From a virus, in IMG/VR virus record IMGVR_UViG_3300045412_000261, positions 78,582 through 142,581 of that record: DNA of 64,000 nt. One strand, 5' to 3'. Shown one piece after another: positions 60,052 to 64,000 of the stretch. How positions within the stretch are numbered: position 1 is the stretch's first letter; each line of letters starts with the position of its first letter. The position numbers and the translations under genes are program-made. The notes under the pieces were generated by a model, which worked only from the letters and a program-made list of their open reading frames with translations, did no database searches and was not told the DNA's origin.

Positions 60052-60120
60052 AATACCATCTTTTGTTTTTCAATTAAACTTTTCGTTTCGGCAACTTCGC
60101 CAAGCCTGAAAACGTTAGCG
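59995..60120 (+). repeat. attC-like element A (complete imperfect inverted repeat)
   Basis: TAAC-ACGGGTTTGGCAAAATTGCCG...CGGCAACTTCGCCAAGCCTG-AAAAC-GTTA. Confidence 0.7.
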
Positions 60121-60129
60121 GTAATGCCG

Positions 60130-60312
60130 TCAGAACTCTGACTTAAAATACCACCTTCCGCATTTATCACATTGTTTTTGTTCTTTACCTTGTTTATATT
60201 TTTTCTCTGCCCATTCGTGCCAAGCAACGTATCCAAGTTTTTTTGGTTTATGACGTTTACAAGGCATTGCCGATAACACGGGTTTGGCAAAATGGCTGTT
60301 GTAGTGCTTCAT
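60130..60312 (-). CDS. Small Cys/His zinc-ribbon-like protein (cassette gene)
   Basis: C..H.P...Y.AWHEWA......QKQC.KCG.W. Confidence 0.65.
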   Translation of the reverse strand: MKHYNSHFAKPVLSAMPCKRHKPKKLGYVAWHEWAEKKYKQGKEQKQCDKCGRWYFKSEF

Positions 60313-60439
60313 TTATTTTTTGTTTTTCCATTTTACTTTAGTTTAAAATGTGAGCGTTTGTGCATCTATTTATTATTCGTGGTAGGCTGAAAGGGATTGC
60401 ATCTTAACCCCTGCCTTCGTATAGCGTCAGCCGTTATCG
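60271..60439 (+). repeat. attC-like element B (chimeric arms)
   Basis: TTGCCGATAAC...GTTATCGGCAA ends; left arm identical to element C over 32 bp. Confidence 0.65.
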
Positions 60440-61123
60440 GCAAGCGTAAGACGACCACTGCACAGCCATAGCCTTTGCAATTCCATCAAACGTTTTGCTT
60501 CTTAACTTTGCTCTTTCTTCTTTTGGTAATTTCCAAGCATCGACATACCAAGTAGGCATACTTTTACCACTTGCAAACTTTGTTCTTTTTGGTGGATTAA
60601 CAATATTTGTCGGTTCTAATTTTGGTAATCCTTTAAGCCATAAGCAGGTTTTCTTTTCAAATGGATCGCCAAATTGGTATGGGTTAATTATTTGGTCCGG
60701 TTTTCTCCATTCGCTGCTCATTATGCCTACCGGGTTTTCAATAGCTATATAATCGCAATCAGCATCAGCAAACATTTTAAAGAATTTAATTGCAAACTCT
60801 CTGTCTTTATGCCTTTGTATTGCTTGTTCGCCATAGCGTTGAATATTAAACCATCTATTACCAGTTACAGTCAAGTATGTACAAGGAGGAAACGCAATTA
60901 TCATATCCCATTTTAGCTTTAATAATTCGGTTACATCGTGCTGTAAATGCCATTCAGGGTGTCCGCCACTTTCAGGTAGTAAATCACAACTAAATGCTTC
61001 GTGTCCTAATTTGCGTAATTCCTTTGTAACCGCTTGACTTTCCTCACAAGCAACAAGCACTCGGAGAACGTTAGCCGATAACACGGGTTTGGCAAAATGG
61101 CTGTTCAGTTCTTCTATTCTCAT
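60434..61123 (-). CDS. DNA cytosine methyltransferase-like protein (cassette gene)
   Basis: VLVACEES, IAFPPCT (PC motif), IENPV. Confidence 0.7.
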   Translation of the reverse strand: MRIEELNSHFAKPVLSANVLRVLVACEESQAVTKELRKLGHEAFSCDLLPESGGHPEWHLQHDVTELLKLKWDMIIAFPPCTYLTVTGNRWFNIQRYGEQAIQRHKDREFAIKFFKMFADADCDYIAIENPVGIMSSEWRKPDQIINPYQFGDPFEKKTCLWLKGLPKLEPTNIVNPPKRTKFASGKSMPTWYVDAWKLPKEERAKLRSKTFDGIAKAMAVQWSSYACR

Positions 61124-61188
61124 TCGTTCTTAGTTTTAAGATTAGTAATTCTATTACGGCACTGACGCAAATGTGCAAAACGTTAGCG
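61076..61188 (+). repeat. attC-like element C (chimeric arms)
   Basis: GCCGATAACACGGGTTTGGCAAAATGGCTG...CGGCACTGACGCAAATGTGCAAAAC-GTTAGCGGC. Confidence 0.65.
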
Positions 61189-61542
61189 GCTATTTCGAAC
61201 CGCCTCCAAAAGATACGCATCTAATAATTGACATAAAGAAGCGAAGGCGTTTCTATCCATCAATTCGGTAAGCGTGATACCTGTTGGTTCTAAGTACTCT
61301 TTTATCAAATCTACTTTTTGAGAAGCAACGGACGCTAACAATCGGTTAGTGTCATTGCCGTTTTCGTAGGTTGTTGAAGTTTTGTTTTCCATATAAAATT
61401 CATTTTCAAGCGATGGTTCATGTTCAATCGCTTCAATGATTTTTCTTTGGGTTAAATCTATTGAATAATCAAATAGTTCACCACCTACGCCAGATGACCT
61501 ATGTAAGCCATCGTTAAAGCCGTTTAATAAATTATTATCCAT
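61183..61542 (-). CDS. Hypothetical protein, possibly a fusion (internal start at 61392)
   Basis: Internal MENKTSTTYENGNDTNRLLASV crosses half-element D. Confidence 0.55.
   Translation of the reverse strand: MDNNLLNGFNDGLHRSSGVGGELFDYSIDLTQRKIIEAIEHEPSLENEFYMENKTSTTYENGNDTNRLLASVASQKVDLIKEYLEPTGITLTELMDRNAFASLCQLLDAYLLEAVRNSR
61333..61360 (+). repeat. attC-like half element D (left arm only)
   Basis: CGCTAAC-AATCGGTTAGTGTCATTGCCG-TTTTCGT; ends like arm A; no partner arm found. Confidence 0.5.
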
Positions 61543-61559
61543 TTTGTTAAATTATAAGT

Positions 61560-61820
61560 TTATTTTTCTTCATAACATAATAATGCTTCACAATCTCTTT
61601 CATCTAACCACTCTGCAATGTTTTGGCTTTCTTCCAATTTTTTTTGAACTTCAAAACTGACATCTTTTTTTGCCTGTTCAAGTTCATCAATTTGTTTTTG
61701 CAGTCGTTTATATTCTTGTTGTTTAGCTTTTATTTCAGCCCAGACAACCTTTTTTCTGATTATCTTATTTATTGTTTCGTTATCTATCATTTTTTTTAAA
61801 TTTTTCGCGGTGAACAACAA
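61560..61820 (-). CDS. Hypothetical coiled-coil protein
   Basis: 86 aa; true start may be the internal MIDNE. Confidence 0.55.
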   Translation of the reverse strand: MLFTAKNLKKMIDNETINKIIRKKVVWAEIKAKQQEYKRLQKQIDELEQAKKDVSFEVQKKLEESQNIAEWLDERDCEALLCYEEK

Positions 61821-62051
61821 TTACTCATCATTATCATCAATACAATCTAAATGAAATGATATAACATCTTCATCATCTTTTGTTAATTCATTCCTCTTAG
61901 CTCTACCCAGTAACTTTACTAACTCATGATAATCATTCAACATCAACTCCTCATCATCTTCATCTATATCAAATGAATATAACATACTCTCAGGATTGTA
62001 AGTCTCAATCCAAGATTCTAACTTACTTAACATTTCTTTATCTAACTGCAT
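61821..62051 (-). CDS. Small acidic early protein
   Basis: 76 aa behind its own promoter. Confidence 0.7.
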   Translation of the reverse strand: MQLDKEMLSKLESWIETYNPESMLYSFDIDEDDEELMLNDYHELVKLLGRAKRNELTKDDEDVISFHLDCIDDNDE

Positions 62052-62135
62052 GATTTAAAATTTAAAGTGATGATTAATATGATACAAATATAGGGAGAAT
62101 AATTGAGAAATCCAAATCCTCCCATGTTAAAATTT
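62052..62135 (-). promoter_or_regulatory. Early promoter/UTR module
   Basis: TTAACAT...TTTG-N20-TATATTTG...CACTTTAAATTTT..ATG. Confidence 0.8.
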
Positions 62136-62137
62136 TA

Positions 62138-62338
62138 TTAATTACAGTAAACATTTGTATTCCTTCTAACTTCCTTACTAATCTTATATGTACCGAAGTA
62201 GTATAATTTAGCCTTAGAAAGTAATCTTATTGCAGCCTTCTTATTGTATGCAGTTACACAAGCATGACCCGAATAAAATCCATTAGAATCAATCCTTTTG
62301 CCATTTAATATAGCTATCCATTCTTTTTCTTTTTTCAT
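62138..62338 (-). CDS. Small basic early protein
   Basis: 66 aa ORF. Confidence 0.55.
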   Translation of the reverse strand: MKKEKEWIAILNGKRIDSNGFYSGHACVTAYNKKAAIRLLSKAKLYYFGTYKISKEVRRNTNVYCN

Positions 62339-62343
62339 TTCTA

Positions 62344-62640
62344 TTATTTTGAAAAGTGATTTAAGAAACTAATGAAAACATAATCATATAACATTTCATC
62401 ATGTCCTTCTAAGATGTCGGTAGAAACATTCTCTACTATCTTACATGTCAATGAATCTAAGCTTTCCATGATTGACTCAAATGAACCCATCATGTGAGTG
62501 TATTCTAAAATGTCTTTAGCTTTCTTTGTTCCATACCTTTCTGATTTTTCATCATCATCATCATTAAGAATTTTATTACAGATGTTTGACACATGATAGG
62601 AAACAATCTTGAATAAATAAGAACTTCTGTCAACGTTCAT
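62344..62640 (-). CDS. Early hypothetical protein
   Basis: Start moved to ATG 62640, downstream of promoter. Confidence 0.65.
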   Translation of the reverse strand: MNVDRSSYLFKIVSYHVSNICNKILNDDDDEKSERYGTKKAKDILEYTHMMGSFESIMESLDSLTCKIVENVSTDILEGHDEMLYDYVFISFLNHFSK

Positions 62641-62725
62641 TTTTGTAGTTTTAAAGTGGTGAATAATATGATACAAATATAGGGGGGATAAACAAGAAAT
62701 CCAAGTCCCCCCTATGTTAAACTTT
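62641..62725 (-). promoter_or_regulatory. Early promoter/UTR module with 10-bp inverted repeat
   Basis: TTG-N20-TATATTTG; ATAGGGGGGA/TCCCCCCTAT. Confidence 0.8.
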
Positions 62726-62727
62726 TC

Positions 62728-63297
62728 TTAATTTTCCGCGGGGCTCTTCTCACGATATATTGAAATCAAAGTCTCCATATCATCATCACTAACATATGAA
62801 TACTCCCTTCTTATTTGTTCTTCACTATCAATCCAATCATTCTCAACATTCATACGAAAATCATAGTAGAAACTATCAAGATCTTCAACATACTGATATT
62901 CCATATAAGACATCTCTTTCTCATCTATCCTGTATCCTTTTTCATCAATATCTACAAATCCTCCAAAATCATTACCTGATTCAGCGTAAGTAATCCTTGC
63001 ACCTATTCCGTACTTCTTACATACCTTCTCTACAAACCCTATACAAGGACTCCAAGCCGTTTCACAATTAAAATAGTCATTGGTAGATATCGAGCATCTA
63101 ATATCTTCATCCATCTCTACACCCCATTTAGTCCCAAACTCTTTTACCCAATCGTTACAATCCCATTCTCCCTTGTAATCAGTCAATGCAGTAAATATAC
63201 ATTGCCCATTCTCAATACTTTCAACATCTTTTCTAAATGATTTCATAGCTTTCTCGCTACCATCAAACTCAATACAATTTGAACACCAATTTGGCAT
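62728..63297 (-). CDS. YubB/DUF1281 ferredoxin-like domain protein
   Basis: MPNWCSN, GTKW, TAWSP, Y.E.G.DF.G motifs. Confidence 0.75.
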   Translation of the reverse strand: MPNWCSNCIEFDGSEKAMKSFRKDVESIENGQCIFTALTDYKGEWDCNDWVKEFGTKWGVEMDEDIRCSISTNDYFNCETAWSPCIGFVEKVCKKYGIGARITYAESGNDFGGFVDIDEKGYRIDEKEMSYMEYQYVEDLDSFYYDFRMNVENDWIDSEEQIRREYSYVSDDDMETLISIYREKSPAEN

Positions 63298-63390
63298 GAT
63301 TCTAAAAATTTAAAGTGGTTAATAATATGATGCAAAATTAATAACATTCTATCTAATATCCAAATAATAAAATGTTAAAGTAATGTTAAA
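63298..63390 (-). promoter_or_regulatory. Early promoter/UTR module
   Basis: TTTG-N20-TAATTTTG, upstream TTAACAT repeats. Confidence 0.75.
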
Positions 63391-63582
63391 ACTCAATGTA
63401 GTAAAATGTAATCAATTCCTAAATCCATCTATACCACATCAACTAATCAACGCCACAAAGATACAACCCATCTATCACATTTCATAATTTAAAATGTTAA
63501 AAGAATCTAAAAAAATGTTAAAAAATGTTAACGCCTAGATTTTCCCCATAGATTCCTGATTATCCCGGAAAGGAGGATGGCA

Positions 63583-63625
63583 AAATTTTACTCAGGCAAG
63601 GCGGAGCCTTGCCTGAGTAAAATTT
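63583..63625. repeat. Perfect 20-bp inverted repeat with 3-nt loop
   Basis: AAATTTTACTCAGGCAAGGC-GGA-GCCTTGCCTGAGTAAAATTT. Confidence 0.9.
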
Positions 63626-63634
63626 ACTAGCAAC

Positions 63635-63662
63635 AAAAAACTCCTGACATAATTGCCAGGAG
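63635..63662 (-). terminator. Intrinsic terminator after the tRNA-like element
   Basis: Minus strand CTCCTGGC-AATTAT-GTCAGGAG-TTTTTT. Confidence 0.75.
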
Positions 63663-63693
63663 CCAAACCACTTAAACATCTATTAATCTTTTG

Positions 63694-63778
63694 ACGTCAG
63701 GACAGGAATCGAACCTGCAAGTTTTTAACAACTATCATTACTACTATCATTGTGCGTCTACCATTTCGCCACCTGACT
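63694..63778 (-). tRNA. tRNA-like element (Leu-type D and T arms, no canonical anticodon arm)
   Basis: GTCAGG/CCTGAC acceptor, TGGCGAAATGGTAGACGC D arm, GCAGGTTCGATTCCTGT T arm. Confidence 0.7.
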
Positions 63779-63784
63779 TACTTT

Positions 63785-63955
63785 TTAGTTATCGTTAACG
63801 TTTTCCTTGTAGAAAATAGCTGCATTAATTATAGACCTAATGAGTTCTTCTTCGGTAAGGTAGACAAGTTCTGATGAATCAAATTCGTCTGAAAGTAATA
63901 ACTCTAAAGCATCTACTAAATCTCTTCTTGAAATTTGCTTCAATTCTACTAACAT
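63785..63955 (-). CDS. Small acidic early protein
   Basis: Start moved to ATG 63955, downstream of promoter. Confidence 0.6.
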   Translation of the reverse strand: MLVELKQISRRDLVDALELLLSDEFDSSELVYLTEEELIRSIINAAIFYKENVNDN

Positions 63956-64000
63956 TTTTTTAATTTTTAAGTGGTCAATAATATGTTGCAAAGATAAGGG
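63956..64000 (-). promoter_or_regulatory. Early promoter/UTR module (truncated by window end)
   Basis: TATCTTTG...ATATTATTGACCACTTAAAA. Confidence 0.7.

Noticed and set aside
60048-60290. 80-aa alternative-frame ORF
   Set aside because: It overlaps 60130..60312, which has a coherent Cys/His motif and the shared leader.
59995-61360. CRISPR array
   Set aside because: The repeats are separated by whole genes of variable length, not ~30-40 nt spacers, and there are no cas genes.
57224-63991. TTG starts at 57238, 62676 and 63991 (and the extended start at 41258)
   Set aside because: They fall inside or upstream of the TAnnTTTG promoter box; downstream ATGs were used instead.

Overview
A 64-kb segment of a large, very AT-rich lytic myovirus-type (jumbo-like) phage. 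The host is most likely Bacteroidota: there are repeated TTTG-N19/20-TAnnTTTG promoters and signal peptides ending in Gln. 1-20.4 kb (minus strand) holds baseplate/virion genes (gp6-, gp25- and gp5-like) and a gp55-like late sigma factor. 20.8-45.6 kb (mostly plus strand) holds a battery of modular tail fibres and chaperones, an amidase endolysin, a sulfotransferase, ParB-N genes and a decayed thymidine-hypermodification locus. 45.5-64 kb (minus strand) holds early/middle genes (ThyX, PAP2 phosphatase, DRB0094-family RNA ligase, phosphoesterases, epimerase, two methyltransferases, many small ORFs), a ~0.95-kb non-coding region with helically phased T-tracts, and a tRNA-like element. The most striking unexplained structure is at 59.2-61.4 kb: an array of attC-like (AAC...GTT) elements. 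Its genes run opposite to the elements, and their start codons, N-termini and stop codons are encoded inside the elements. No integrase is present in the window. All family assignments come from motif recognition by eye, not database searches.
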